64,000 nucleotides of DNA from Candidatus Omnitrophota bacterium (GCA_043808095.1 JAZDFF010000020.1:26624-90623); one strand, 5' to 3'. Positions 1-9,229 are shown, numbered from the stretch's first letter. Notes: generated from the sequence alone by a model not told the origin. Numbers and translations: made by a program.

Positions 1-663
1 GATTTTTTGGCAGGCCTCAGCCTGGGGGAATATACGGCATTGGTAGCCTCAGGCGCAATTAGTTTTGAAGAGGCACTTATTCTTATCCGGCGCCGAGGCC
101 AATTTATGCAGGAGGCAGCCCAAGAAAATCCCGGAAAGATGGCCTCGATCTTAGGGCTATCCCGCGCATTGACCGAAGAGGTAGCCAGAGATTCGGGAGC
201 AGAGGTTGCCAATATTAATTCTCCGGGCCAGATCGTGATTTCTGGTTCATTAGCGGAAGTTGAAAAGGCCAAGAAATTGGCCATAGAAAAAGGCGCAAAG
301 CGAACCATTGACCTTGAGGTGAGCGGTGCGTTTCATTCTAAGTTTATGAAAGGCGCCGGCATAAAATTAGAAAAAGAATTGGCAAATATCAAGATTAACT
401 TGCCAGAGAAGCCAGTGGTCTCTAACGTCGAAGCCAGGCCTTATAAAGATATCCGCCAGATAAAAGAATACCTCGTGCGCCAGGTCAGTTCACCGGTGCT
501 CTGGCAGGATAGTTGCGAGTTTATGATTAAAGAAGGAGTAGGTCAATTCTTTGAGATCGGTCCGGGCAAGGTCTTAAAAAACCTTTTGCGGCGTATCGAT
601 GAAAATGCCCGGGTTGACAATATAGAGACACAAGAAGACATAATTAAATTGCCAAATTGCTAA
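1..663 (+). CDS. fabD: Malonyl-CoA:ACP transacylase (5'-truncated by window edge)
   Basis: G-L-S-L-G-E catalytic motif, SGAFHS and VSSPVLW motifs; lies upstream of fabG-acpP-fabF. Confidence 0.95.
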   Translation, partial: DFLAGLSLGEYTALVASGAISFEEALILIRRRGQFMQEAAQENPGKMASILGLSRALTEEVARDSGAEVANINSPGQIVISGSLAEVEKAKKLAIEKGAKRTIDLEVSGAFHSKFMKGAGIKLEKELANIKINLPEKPVVSNVEARPYKDIRQIKEYLVRQVSSPVLWQDSCEFMIKEGVGQFFEIGPGKVLKNLLRRIDENARVDNIETQEDIIKLPNC

Positions 664-709
664 ATTGCTCTATTGTTATATCAGTTTAACAATTTAGCAG
701 TTTAACAAT
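645..709. repeat. Inverted array of 8-bp units (TAAATTGC x3-4 / GCAATTTA-like x3-4)
   Basis: taaattgc caaattgc taaattgc tctattgt ... tcagttta acaattta gcagttta; overlaps the fabD stop codon. Confidence 0.8.
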
Positions 710-718
710 GGAGGAAAG

Positions 719-1462
719 ATGCGACTCAAAGATAAGGTTGCTCTAATAACCGGCGGTGGCCGCGGCATCGGAAGAGAGATTGCCCTTCTTTTTGCCCAGG
801 AAGGCGCGGATATCGCTATCTGCGATGTGGATAAAGATTCCCTCTCAAAAACCCAAGAGGAGATTAACCCTTTGGGCAGGCAGTCCCTTACTTTTTGCGT
901 GGATGTGACCGTCTATAATCAGATAGAGGAGATGATAAACAAAATTCTTGACAAATTTAGCAAGATTGATATATTAGTTAACAATGCAGGTATAACCCGC
1001 GATAATTTATTGATACGCATGAGCGAGGAGGATTGGGATAAAGTAATCGCGGTGAACCTAAAGGGGGTTTTTAATTGCACCAAGGCCGTAGCCCGGTGCA
1101 TGATTAAACAAAGAAGCGGCAGGATTATAAATATTGCTTCGATAATCGGGCTTATCGGCAATGCCGGACAGGCAAATTACGCCGCTTCAAAAGCAGCGAT
1201 CCTTGGTTTTACAAAAACAACAGCCAAGGAATTAGCCAGCAGAGGCATTAACGTAAATGCAGTCGCGCCGGGTTTTATTGCCACGGATATGACGGATAAA
1301 TTACCCGATGCGGTCAAAGAGCATATGCTGGCGAATATTCCCCTAGCGAGGTTTGGCAAACCAACTGACGTGGCAAAGACCTGTTTATTTTTAGCATCAA
1401 GCGATGCCGATTATATCAGCGGCCAAACCATTGTTATAGATGGTGGTATGACCATGCATTAA
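719..1462 (+). CDS. fabG: 3-oxoacyl-ACP reductase
   Basis: TGGGRGIG, NNAGITRD and YAASK SDR motifs; GGAGG SD. Confidence 0.97.
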   Translation: MRLKDKVALITGGGRGIGREIALLFAQEGADIAICDVDKDSLSKTQEEINPLGRQSLTFCVDVTVYNQIEEMINKILDKFSKIDILVNNAGITRDNLLIRMSEEDWDKVIAVNLKGVFNCTKAVARCMIKQRSGRIINIASIIGLIGNAGQANYAASKAAILGFTKTTAKELASRGINVNAVAPGFIATDMTDKLPDAVKEHMLANIPLARFGKPTDVAKTCLFLASSDADYISGQTIVIDGGMTMH

Positions 1463-1467
1463 ATCAA

Positions 1468-1616
1468 ATGACCCCGCTTCTTGCTTTCGCAAGAAAGCCG
1501 CGGGGGAATATGATCCGCCACTAATTAATGGCGGATTTAATTCGCACGAGCAAAGTATCAAGACATAGAAGATTAATTTACGTCGTCCTTGCGGACTACC
1601 TAAATTAAGTGCTCAT
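1468..1616. repeat. Multi-hairpin ATGA...TCAT scaffold element (copy A)
   Basis: atga-[ccccgc..gcgggg]-gaata-[tccgccactaattaatggcgga]-ttaattc-[gcac..gtgc]-tcat, followed by the acpP SD. Confidence 0.7.
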
Positions 1617-1632
1617 CAAAGGAGGAATAAAT

Positions 1633-1875
1633 ATGGCAGTAACAGAGAAGGTAAAATCAATAATTGCCGAGCAGCTGGGGGTAAAGGAAGAAGAGGTTAC
1701 TCCTCAGGCGTCATTCATTGATGATTTAGGCGCTGATTCCTTAGATACTGTAGAACTGGTTATGGCGCTCGAAGAGGAATTCGGTATTGAGATTCCGGAT
1801 GAAGATGCCGAGAAGATGACTACTGTAGGCGATGCCATGAAATATATTGAAGAAAAAAGCGTGGCTAAAGGCTAA
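1633..1875 (+). CDS. acpP: Acyl carrier protein
   Basis: [12 protein letters not shown] phosphopantetheine motif; ATG at 1633 follows a GGAGG SD. Confidence 0.98.
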   Translation: MAVTEKVKSIIAEQLGVKEEEVTPQASFIDDLGADSLDTVELVMALEEEFGIEIPDEDAEKMTTVGDAMKYIEEKSVAKG

Positions 1876-2002
1876 TTGTATATTTTGATGCACGTTAACC
1901 GTTTTTAAATATGATGCCCCGACGAAAGTCGGGGCAAATATTTAAGTGACCCCGCCAAATGCGAGGGAACTCGTCTCGACATAACGTCGGGGCCAATTTA
2001 AG

Positions 2003-3250
2003 ATGAAGAGAGAGATAAAAAGAGTCGTAATAACAGGCCTGGGGGCAATCACTCCTTTAGGCAATAATGTCAAGGATTTCTGGCAGAACCTGCTTGCCGC
2101 AAAAAGCGGCATAAGCAAAATTACCCAGTTTGATGCCAGTGCCTTTGATTCACGCATAGCTGGCGAGGTAAAGGGTTTTGATCCTTTAGGATTCATCCCT
2201 CCTAAAGAGGCCAGGCGTATGGAGCCTTTTGCGCAGTTTGCGGTTGCAGCTGCTAAAGAGGCACTAATAGACTCCAAACTTAGCTTAGATAAGGAAGATG
2301 TAGACAGAATCGGGGTTTTGATTGGTTCGGGTATCGGGTCATTGCTGGTTATTGAAAGAGAACACAATATTTTCCTGGCAAAAGGCCCGAGTAAATTCTC
2401 GCCGTTTCTTATCCCCATGTTAATCGTCAATGAGGCAGCTGGTTGGGTCTCCATTATTTTAGGCCTAAAAGGCCCGAATTCATGCGTTACCACTGCCTGC
2501 GCCTCAGGAAGCCATTCCATAGGCGATGCCTTTAAGATTATCCAGCGTGGCGATGCAGATATTATGTTTACCGGAGGGACAGAAAGCTGTATTACTACTT
2601 TAGGGGTAGGAGGTTTTTGCGCCTTAAAGGCTTTATCCAAAAGAAATGATGAACCAGAGCGGGCCAGCCGGCCTTTTGATAAAGACCGGGACGGATTTGT
2701 TATTGCCGAAGGCGCAGGCATAGTTGCCTTGGAAGAACTTGAGCACGCATTAAAGAGAAATGCGCCTATTTATTGCGAGATGGTCGGATACGGCATGAGT
2801 TCAGATGCCTATCATATTACTGCCCCAGACCCAGAGGGCGATGGCGCAAGACGCGCAATGCAGGCAGCCTTAAAAGATGCCCGGATAAAAACCGAAGAGG
2901 TTTCTTACATAAACAGCCACGGGACTTCAACTCTCTTAAACGATAAATTAGAGACCCTGGCAATTAAAAATCTTTTCGGGGCGTATGCCAAAAAGATTGC
3001 GGTAAATTCTACTAAATCCATGACCGGCCATCCGCTGGGCGCAGCAGGCGGTATGGAGTTTATAGTTTCTTGCCTATCGGTTAAAAATGATGTCGTCCAT
3101 CAGACCGTTAATTACGAAAATCCTGATCCTGAATGCGATTTAGATTATGTCCCGAACCACGCGCGCAATATGAAGGTAAACGTTGCCATGTCTAATTCAC
3201 TGGGTTTTGGCGGGCATAATGCCACCCTCGTAGTAAAAAAATTTAAATAA
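2003..3250 (+). CDS. fabF: Beta-ketoacyl-ACP synthase II
   Basis: TACASG, HGTST and SNSLGFGGHN motifs. Confidence 0.97.
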   Translation: MKREIKRVVITGLGAITPLGNNVKDFWQNLLAAKSGISKITQFDASAFDSRIAGEVKGFDPLGFIPPKEARRMEPFAQFAVAAAKEALIDSKLSLDKEDVDRIGVLIGSGIGSLLVIEREHNIFLAKGPSKFSPFLIPMLIVNEAAGWVSIILGLKGPNSCVTTACASGSHSIGDAFKIIQRGDADIMFTGGTESCITTLGVGGFCALKALSKRNDEPERASRPFDKDRDGFVIAEGAGIVALEELEHALKRNAPIYCEMVGYGMSSDAYHITAPDPEGDGARRAMQAALKDARIKTEEVSYINSHGTSTLLNDKLETLAIKNLFGAYAKKIAVNSTKSMTGHPLGAAGGMEFIVSCLSVKNDVVHQTVNYENPDPECDLDYVPNHARNMKVNVAMSNSLGFGGHNATLVVKKFK

Positions 3251-3350
3251 AAAGTTGGCTGATGTTGTATGAGGTTATATGGTGTTGTCTGAAGTTGCAA
3301 TGCAACATTATGTAACCTTTGATAACCCCATTTAACCTCAGATAACCTTT
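3251..3350. repeat. Inverted array of 10-bp units (GAGGTTATAT-like x5 / ATAACCTTT-like x5)
   Basis: gatgttgtat gaggttatat ggtgttgtct gaagttgcaa | tgcaacatta tgtaaccttt gataacccca tttaacctca gataaccttt. Confidence 0.8.
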
Positions 3351-3355
3351 ATAAG

Positions 3356-4645
3356 ATGCCTTATACTATTACGGAAAAAATTTTACTGGCGCATATTAAA
3401 CAAAAATCGATTAAACCCGGAGATTTTATCTGGGCTAATGTTGATTTTTGCCTGGGTAACGATATTACCACGCCTCTTGCGATAAGCGAATTCCTGAAAC
3501 TGGGAAAATCCAAGGTATTTGACAATGAGAAGATTGCCCTTGTCCCGGACCATTTCACCCCGGCCAAGGATAGGATAGCAGCTTGCCGGGCAAAGGAGCT
3601 GAAATGTTTTGCGCAAAAATTTAAAATCAAACATTATTATGAAATAGGATGTATGGGAATTGAACATGCGCTTCTTCCGGAATTGGGTTTAGTCGGGCCG
3701 GGAGATTTAATTATCGGCGCAGACTCGCATACCTGCACCTACGGTGCATTGGGCGCTTTTTCAAGCGGGGTGGGTTCGACGGACCTGGCCTCTTGTTTTG
3801 CTACCGGCGGCATCTGGCTTAAAACCCCTGAGACTATAAAATTTGAATATAAAGGCAAACTTGGAAAATGGTTAGGCGGCAAGGACATTATCCTTTATAC
3901 TATTAGTGATATCGGCGTTGATGGCGCAAATTACAGGGCCATGGAGTTCTGCGGCCCGGTTATACGTAATCTTGGTATGGATGACAGGTTTACCATTTCT
4001 AATATGGCTATTGAGGCCGGAGGAAAATCCGGGATAATTGAGCCGGACGAGGTTACGAAAGAGTACGTACGGACAGTAACCAGTAACCAGAAACCAGTAA
4101 CCAGAAAAAAGATAAATTGGGCGGATCTAAAGAGCGATAAGGATGCCAACTATGTTTATGTAAAAGGTTATGATGTTACAAAATGGGAACCGGCAGTAGC
4201 CTGCCCGCATTTACCGAGTAATGTCATGCCGGTCAGCAGTGTCAAGAACGTTAAACTGAATCAGGTGGTAATCGGCTCCTGCACTAACGGCAGGATTTCA
4301 GATTTAAGGATTGCGGCCAAAATATTAAAAGGGAAAAAAATAAAATCGGGATTACGGGTAATAGTCATTCCGGCAACCCAAAAGGTATATTTAGAGTGCG
4401 TGAAACTTGGCCTGGCAGAGGTCTTTGTCAGGGCGGGGGCGATTTTTTCAACCCCTACCTGCGGGCCATGCCTGGGCGGGCATTCGGGGATCTTAGACGA
4501 CGGTGAGGTTGCGCTTGCCACCACCAACAGGAATTTTCTTGGTCGCATGGGCAGCCCAAAGAGTTTTGTCTATCTGTCTAATCCGGCAGTAGCTGCGGCA
4601 TCGGCAATTAAAGGAGAGATCTGCCATCCGGATGAGGTCATTTAA
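3356..4645 (+). CDS. leuC: 3-isopropylmalate dehydratase large subunit
   Basis: GADSHTCTYGALG, IGSCTNGR and CGPCLG aconitase-family motifs; carries an in-frame heptamer repeat at 4074-4107. Confidence 0.95.
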   Translation: MPYTITEKILLAHIKQKSIKPGDFIWANVDFCLGNDITTPLAISEFLKLGKSKVFDNEKIALVPDHFTPAKDRIAACRAKELKCFAQKFKIKHYYEIGCMGIEHALLPELGLVGPGDLIIGADSHTCTYGALGAFSSGVGSTDLASCFATGGIWLKTPETIKFEYKGKLGKWLGGKDIILYTISDIGVDGANYRAMEFCGPVIRNLGMDDRFTISNMAIEAGGKSGIIEPDEVTKEYVRTVTSNQKPVTRKKINWADLKSDKDANYVYVKGYDVTKWEPAVACPHLPSNVMPVSSVKNVKLNQVVIGSCTNGRISDLRIAAKILKGKKIKSGLRVIVIPATQKVYLECVKLGLAEVFVRAGAIFSTPTCGPCLGGHSGILDDGEVALATTNRNFLGRMGSPKSFVYLSNPAVAAASAIKGEICHPDEVI

Positions 4646-4646
4646 A

Positions 4647-4726
4647 CGCAGATTAGCGCAGATTTTATGCTAAAATATTTACGTTTTACAGATTAGCACA
4701 GATTGATTATCTGTGCCCATCTGTGC
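4647..4726. repeat. CACAGAT-family inverted periodic element
   Basis: cgcagattagcgcagatt...tacagattagcacagatt gattatctgtgcccatctgtgc; related copies at 22373 and 45827. Confidence 0.8.
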
Positions 4727-4738
4727 AAGGAAACGAAA

Positions 4739-5245
4739 ATGGTTATAGAAGGTAAGGTACATAAATTCGGGGATGACGTAAATACCGACGAGATTATTGC
4801 CGCAAAATACTTGAATATTGCTGACCCTAAAGAACTGGGCAAGTCCTGTATGGAGACCTTGGATAAAGATTTTTCAAAAAAAGTCTCTCCAGGTGATATA
4901 ATAGTGGCGGGGAAAAATTTCGGCTGCGGCTCAAGCCGGGAGCATGCGCCCCTTTCCATTAAAGGAGCGGCTATTTCCTGCGTAGTAGCCAAGAGTTTTG
5001 CCCGGATATTTTATCGTAACGCCTTAAATATCGGGCTTCCTATCGTGGTAATCCAAGATACCGATAGGATTAAATCAGGGGACAGTCTCCGCGTAGACTT
5101 AAAAAACGGGATTATTAAAGACTTAACTTGCGGGATAAATTTTGATACCGAGAAGTTCCCGCAGTTTATGCAGGAGATTATAAATTCCGGCGGTTTAATA
5201 AAATGGGTTGCCAAAAATCCCGACTTATCAAAGAAGGTCAAATGA
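4739..5245 (+). CDS. leuD: 3-isopropylmalate dehydratase small subunit
   Basis: DVNTDEII and NFGCGSSREHAP motifs; start moved to ATG 4739 because the upstream extension is repeat-derived. Confidence 0.95.
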   Translation: MVIEGKVHKFGDDVNTDEIIAAKYLNIADPKELGKSCMETLDKDFSKKVSPGDIIVAGKNFGCGSSREHAPLSIKGAAISCVVAKSFARIFYRNALNIGLPIVVIQDTDRIKSGDSLRVDLKNGIIKDLTCGINFDTEKFPQFMQEIINSGGLIKWVAKNPDLSKKVK

Positions 5246-5396
5246 GACCATAACTTACGGAACGTTAGTGACGTAAGTTATATGGTCGAATTTGATCCTT
5301 GACATCTTGGATGTCAAGGATTTAATTCACAGATGTCCCGACGATACATCGGGACTACAACTTACGTCGTTTTACTCCGTAAGTTGTCTGTTCATT
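5241..5396. repeat. Multi-hairpin ATGA...TCAT scaffold element (copy B)
   Basis: aatga-[gaccataacttacg..cgtaagttatatggtc]-gaatttg-[atccttgacatc..gatgtcaaggat]-ttaattc-[acaga..tctgt]-tcatt. Confidence 0.8.
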
Positions 5397-5408
5397 AAAA
5401 GAGGGATT

Positions 5409-5681
5409 ATGAAAATCGAAAAAGAGACAATTGAGGTTATTGTGCTTACTCAATATTATCGCATTGAGGGTACTGTGCATATCTTGCCAGGTGGAAGGAT
5501 TACAGATTTCATCTCTTCGCGCAATGTGGAAAATTTTATTCCGGTTACCAATGCTAAGATCTATTCTACCTTACAAAATAAAATGCTTTATCATACCGAT
5601 TTCCTAAACCTGAATACCAATTTTATCGCCCTGCTTTTACCGAAAAAGAATGTTAAAGAGGTAGGTTCTTCAGATGTATAA
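5409..5681 (+). CDS. Small hypothetical protein (resembles DUF6812-like beta-rich proteins)
   Basis: ATG 5409 with GAGGG SD; RIEGTVHI..RITDF..FIPVTNA pattern; overlaps the leuB start. Confidence 0.7.
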   Translation: MKIEKETIEVIVLTQYYRIEGTVHILPGGRITDFISSRNVENFIPVTNAKIYSTLQNKMLYHTDFLNLNTNFIALLLPKKNVKEVGSSDV

Positions 5682-6723
5682 GATTGCGGTTATTCCCGGT
5701 GACGGCACCGGCCCTGAGGTAGTTCGAGAAGGCCTTAAGGTCTTAGAGGCGGCGTCCAGGAAATTTAATTTTAAATACGAGGCCAAGACCTTTGATTTTG
5801 GAGGGGATAGATACCTCAAGACCAATAAGACCCTCGAGGATAAAGACGTCGAGGAATTAAGAAAATATAGCGCCATTTATCTTGGGGCTATCGGCCATCC
5901 TGAGGTTGCGCCGGGCATTTTAGAGACCGGGATACTGCTTAAATTAAGATTTTCTCTCGATCAATATATTAATTTTCGTCCGGTAAGGCTTTACGACGCT
6001 AAATTCTGTCCGCTTAAGGATAAGAAGCCTGAGGATATTGATTTTGTGGTAGTGCGCGAGAATTCCGAAGGCCTGTATAAAGGTATGGGTGAGTTTAAGG
6101 ATAAAGGCACAAAAGATGAAGTAGCTATCCAGATTTCATATAATACGAGAAAGGGAGTTGAACGCTGTATCCGTTATGCCTTCGAGTATTGTCGAAAGCG
6201 CAATAAGAAAAAAAAGCTCACGCTTTGCGGAAAAACTAATGTCCTGACTTTTGCCTGGGACCTCTGGCAGAGGACCTTTAATGAGGTAGCCAAGGATTAT
6301 CCGGATATTACTGGAGACTACGCCCATGTGGATGCTACGACCATGTGGTTTGTCAAAAATCCGGAGTGGTTTGACGTGATTGTAACGGATAACATGTTCG
6401 GTGATATCATCACGGATTTGGGGGCGATGGTCCAGGGCGGTATGGGTATTGCTGCCGGAGGAAACATCAACCCCCAGGGTGTATCCATGTTTGAGCCGAT
6501 CGGCGGGTCTGCGCCAAAATATACCGGGAAGGACGTCATTAATCCCCTGGCTGCGATTTGCGCTCTCGGGATGATGCTTGAGAATTTAGGCGAGGAAAAA
6601 GCCGGTCGTGCCGTTGAAAATTCAGTAATAAAAGTAGCGACCGGTAAATTAAAATCCCTGGCAGCAGGCAAGATGGGATATAGCACTAGCGAGGTTGGGA
6701 ACTTAGTAGTAGAATATTTGTAA
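5674..6723 (+). CDS. leuB: 3-isopropylmalate dehydrogenase
   Basis: IPGDGTGPEV, VRENSEGLY, NMFGDIITD and FEPIGGSAP motifs. Confidence 0.93.
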   Translation: MYKIAVIPGDGTGPEVVREGLKVLEAASRKFNFKYEAKTFDFGGDRYLKTNKTLEDKDVEELRKYSAIYLGAIGHPEVAPGILETGILLKLRFSLDQYINFRPVRLYDAKFCPLKDKKPEDIDFVVVRENSEGLYKGMGEFKDKGTKDEVAIQISYNTRKGVERCIRYAFEYCRKRNKKKKLTLCGKTNVLTFAWDLWQRTFNEVAKDYPDITGDYAHVDATTMWFVKNPEWFDVIVTDNMFGDIITDLGAMVQGGMGIAAGGNINPQGVSMFEPIGGSAPKYTGKDVINPLAAICALGMMLENLGEEKAGRAVENSVIKVATGKLKSLAAGKMGYSTSEVGNLVVEYL

Positions 6724-6775
6724 CCCCATACTTACGTATGGGGAATGTATAGATACCACATACGTAAGTATGTGG
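6724..6775. repeat. Pair of mutually inverted hairpins (REP-doublet-like)
   Basis: ccccatacttacgtatgggg and ccacatacgtaagtatgtgg; the cores are reverse complements of each other. Confidence 0.7.
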
Positions 6776-6791
6776 AGTCGAAGAGATAATT

Positions 6792-7919
6792 ATGCAAAAA
6801 AAGTCAAAATATAATATGGCAGTAGTAGGTGTGGGTGCGGTAGGTATTGAGATGTTACGTTGCCTGAGAGGGCGTAATTTCCCTATCGGGGATTTACGCG
6901 TCTTTGCGCGTTCTGCCAGGGATATCCAGGTAGACGGACAGAATTATTCTGTTTTCGCCATTTCGCCTGAAGGGTTCGATGGTATAGACATCGCACTTTT
7001 TGCCGGCACTGAAGGCGAAAAAGGCGCGGCAGTTACCTATGCTATTGAGGCCGTAAAAAGAGGCGCAGTAGTCATTGATAATGGAGCGGATTTCAGGATG
7101 GACCCCAAAGTGCCTTTAGTGGTACCTGAGGTAAATGCAAAGGATTTGGATCTCATTAGAAATTGGTTACTTGAAAAAAAACACAGGCCAGAAGGCCGTG
7201 GTTTGGCTTCCGATAAGCCAGAGGGCGATGGTTTGGCCTCCTATGGCCAAAGCCATAGCCAAAGCCATAAAGGCATAATTGCTAATCCTAATTGCTCGAC
7301 TATCCAGATGGTCGTGGCCATTCATCCTATATATGAAGCAGTGGGTATCAAAAGAATAATAGCTTGTAGTTATCAGGCAGTTTCTGGAGCGGGTAGGAGT
7401 GGCATAGAGCAGCTTGAGGGTGAAATTAAGGAATATTTGAAATTAAAGCGGAAGCAACCTTTGCTAGCAGCATTTGCTTATAGGATTTCCAAGAATGTTA
7501 TACCTCAGATTGGAAACTTTGGACAAGATAGTTATACTTCAGAGGAATGGAAAATGGTTCATGAGACTCACAAGATTATGCATGATAAAAATATTAAGAT
7601 TTCTGCTACTTGTGTCAGGGTACCAGTAGAAACTGGTCACTCTGAGGCGATATATTTAGAGACCAGAAAGCATATAACTGCGGAGAAAGTAAGAAGGCTT
7701 TTGGCAAAGAACCCGGGCATTAAAATATTTGATAGTACCAAAGAAGGAATTTATCCTGTTCCAAGTCTTGCCGAAGGAAAGGATGAGGTTTTCGTCGGCC
7801 GCATAAGACGCGACCCTTTTGTCAAAAACGGCCTATGGTTATGGGTGGTATCGGATAACCTGCGTAAAGGTGCAGCCCTAAACGCGGTGCAGATAGCAGA
7901 ATGCGTAATATCAGGCTGA
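6792..7919 (+). CDS. asd: Aspartate-semialdehyde dehydrogenase with a ~37-aa repeat-derived insertion
   Basis: VPEVN, IIANPNCSTIQ, SATCVRVPV and DNLRKGAALN motifs. Confidence 0.96.
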   Translation: MQKKSKYNMAVVGVGAVGIEMLRCLRGRNFPIGDLRVFARSARDIQVDGQNYSVFAISPEGFDGIDIALFAGTEGEKGAAVTYAIEAVKRGAVVIDNGADFRMDPKVPLVVPEVNAKDLDLIRNWLLEKKHRPEGRGLASDKPEGDGLASYGQSHSQSHKGIIANPNCSTIQMVVAIHPIYEAVGIKRIIACSYQAVSGAGRSGIEQLEGEIKEYLKLKRKQPLLAAFAYRISKNVIPQIGNFGQDSYTSEEWKMVHETHKIMHDKNIKISATCVRVPVETGHSEAIYLETRKHITAEKVRRLLAKNPGIKIFDSTKEGIYPVPSLAEGKDEVFVGRIRRDPFVKNGLWLWVVSDNLRKGAALNAVQIAECVISG

Positions 7920-8758
7920 CCATAGAATACGACGGCAGTACTTTTTGCGGCTGGCAGACTCAAAACAGTCATTCCCTCGACTTCGCTCGGGACTCCCTTC
8001 GGTCGCAGGCCACAAAGTCACTCCCTCGACTTCGCTCGGGACTCCCTTCGGTCGCAGGCCACCAGAAAAAAGCAATTCAAGATACAATCGAGCGAGCCCT
8101 CCAGAAGATCCTTCAGGAAAAAATAAAACTCATTGCTTCAGGAAGAACGGATAGCGGAGTCCATGCCGTAGCTCAGGTCGCTAATTTTAAGACCCATTGC
8201 CGGATTTCTTTAGAAAAACTCCACAAGGCTGTTAATGCGCTCTTACCGGATGAGATTTCAGTTATCAAGGTCGAAGAGGCAAGTCCTGATTTTCATAGCA
8301 GATTCTCGGCTAAATCAAAAATCTATCGCTATACCATACTTAATCGGCCTTATCGCTCGTCATTATTGAAGAATAAGGTTTATTTCTGTCCTCATCCTTT
8401 GGACTTCAAACTGATGCAAAAAGAGGCCAAAGTCCTCCTGGGAAGGCATGATTTTAGCGCCTTTTGCGCCAGCAACAGTAATGTCAAAGATACAATCAGG
8501 ACAGTCAAAACAATAAAAATCGAAACGCTGCCTTATCCGGACGCTAGTCAAAAAGATAAGCCATTAATTGTAATTGAAATCGAGGCAGACGGATTTCTTT
8601 ACAATATGGTAAGAAATATCTTGGGGACATTGATTGATATAGGAAGAGGCCGCTTCAAAAAAGGCAGTTTAAAACGCATTCTCGCTACAGGAGATAGGAA
8701 GCTTGCTGGCCCGACTGCCCCAGCCTGCGGCCTTTATCTAGTAAAAGTTAAATATTGA
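7901..8758 (+). CDS. truA: tRNA pseudouridine(38-40) synthase with a 32-aa insertion
   Basis: EYDGS.F.GWQ, ASGRTDSGVHA, FLYNMVR and TAPACGLYL motifs. Confidence 0.96.
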   Translation: MRNIRLTIEYDGSTFCGWQTQNSHSLDFARDSLRSQATKSLPRLRSGLPSVAGHQKKAIQDTIERALQKILQEKIKLIASGRTDSGVHAVAQVANFKTHCRISLEKLHKAVNALLPDEISVIKVEEASPDFHSRFSAKSKIYRYTILNRPYRSSLLKNKVYFCPHPLDFKLMQKEAKVLLGRHDFSAFCASNSNVKDTIRTVKTIKIETLPYPDASQKDKPLIVIEIEADGFLYNMVRNILGTLIDIGRGRFKKGSLKRILATGDRKLAGPTAPACGLYLVKVKY

Positions 8759-8783
8759 CTTTTCGGGGAGTTAATGTTATACT
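8755..8783 (+). promoter_or_regulatory. Sigma70 promoter for rplM-rpsI
   Basis: TTGACT-17bp-TATACT with extended TG. Confidence 0.75.
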
Positions 8784-8793
8784 TTATAATTCT

Positions 8794-9225
8794 ATGATTA
8801 GAACTTATATGCAAAATGTAAAAGACGTAAAAAGGACTTGGTATCTAATGGATGCCAAGGACAAGGTCCTGGGCAGATTCGCGGTTTCTGTCGCTAAACT
8901 CTTACACGGCAAAGAGAAAACCACATTTACCCCGCACGTCGACGGCGGAGACTATGTAGTGGTCATTAATGCCAAAGAGATAAGAGTAACCGGCAAGAAA
9001 TTACATGACAAGATTTATTCAAGATATTCAGGTTATCCCAGCGGACGCAGGGAAATGAATTTAGAAACACTCCTTAAAAAGAGGCCGGAGCAGGTAATAA
9101 GATTAGCAGTTAGCAGGATGTTACCTAAAAATAAATTAGCTAAAAAGATGATGAGGCGGCTTAAGGTTTATGCCGAGAATAAGCATCCCCATCAAGTACA
9201 GAATATAATGTTAAAAAAGGCTTAA
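8794..9225 (+). CDS. rplM: 50S ribosomal protein L13
   Basis: [27 protein letters not shown] and MLPKNKL motifs; start set at ATG 8794. Confidence 0.97.
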   Translation: MIRTYMQNVKDVKRTWYLMDAKDKVLGRFAVSVAKLLHGKEKTTFTPHVDGGDYVVVINAKEIRVTGKKLHDKIYSRYSGYPSGRREMNLETLLKKRPEQVIRLAVSRMLPKNKLAKKMMRRLKVYAENKHPHQVQNIMLKKA

Positions 9226-9229
9226 TTCT

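Noticed and set aside
5241-5396. Integron attC sites (bulged hairpins with TAAC..GTTA cores)
   Set aside because: The cores do not fit RYYYAAC/GTTRRRY, the flanking genes are core operons, and there is no integrase.
7150-8062. Inteins or group I/II introns in asd and truA
   Set aside because: The inserts are far too short and lack intein splicing blocks and intron core structure.
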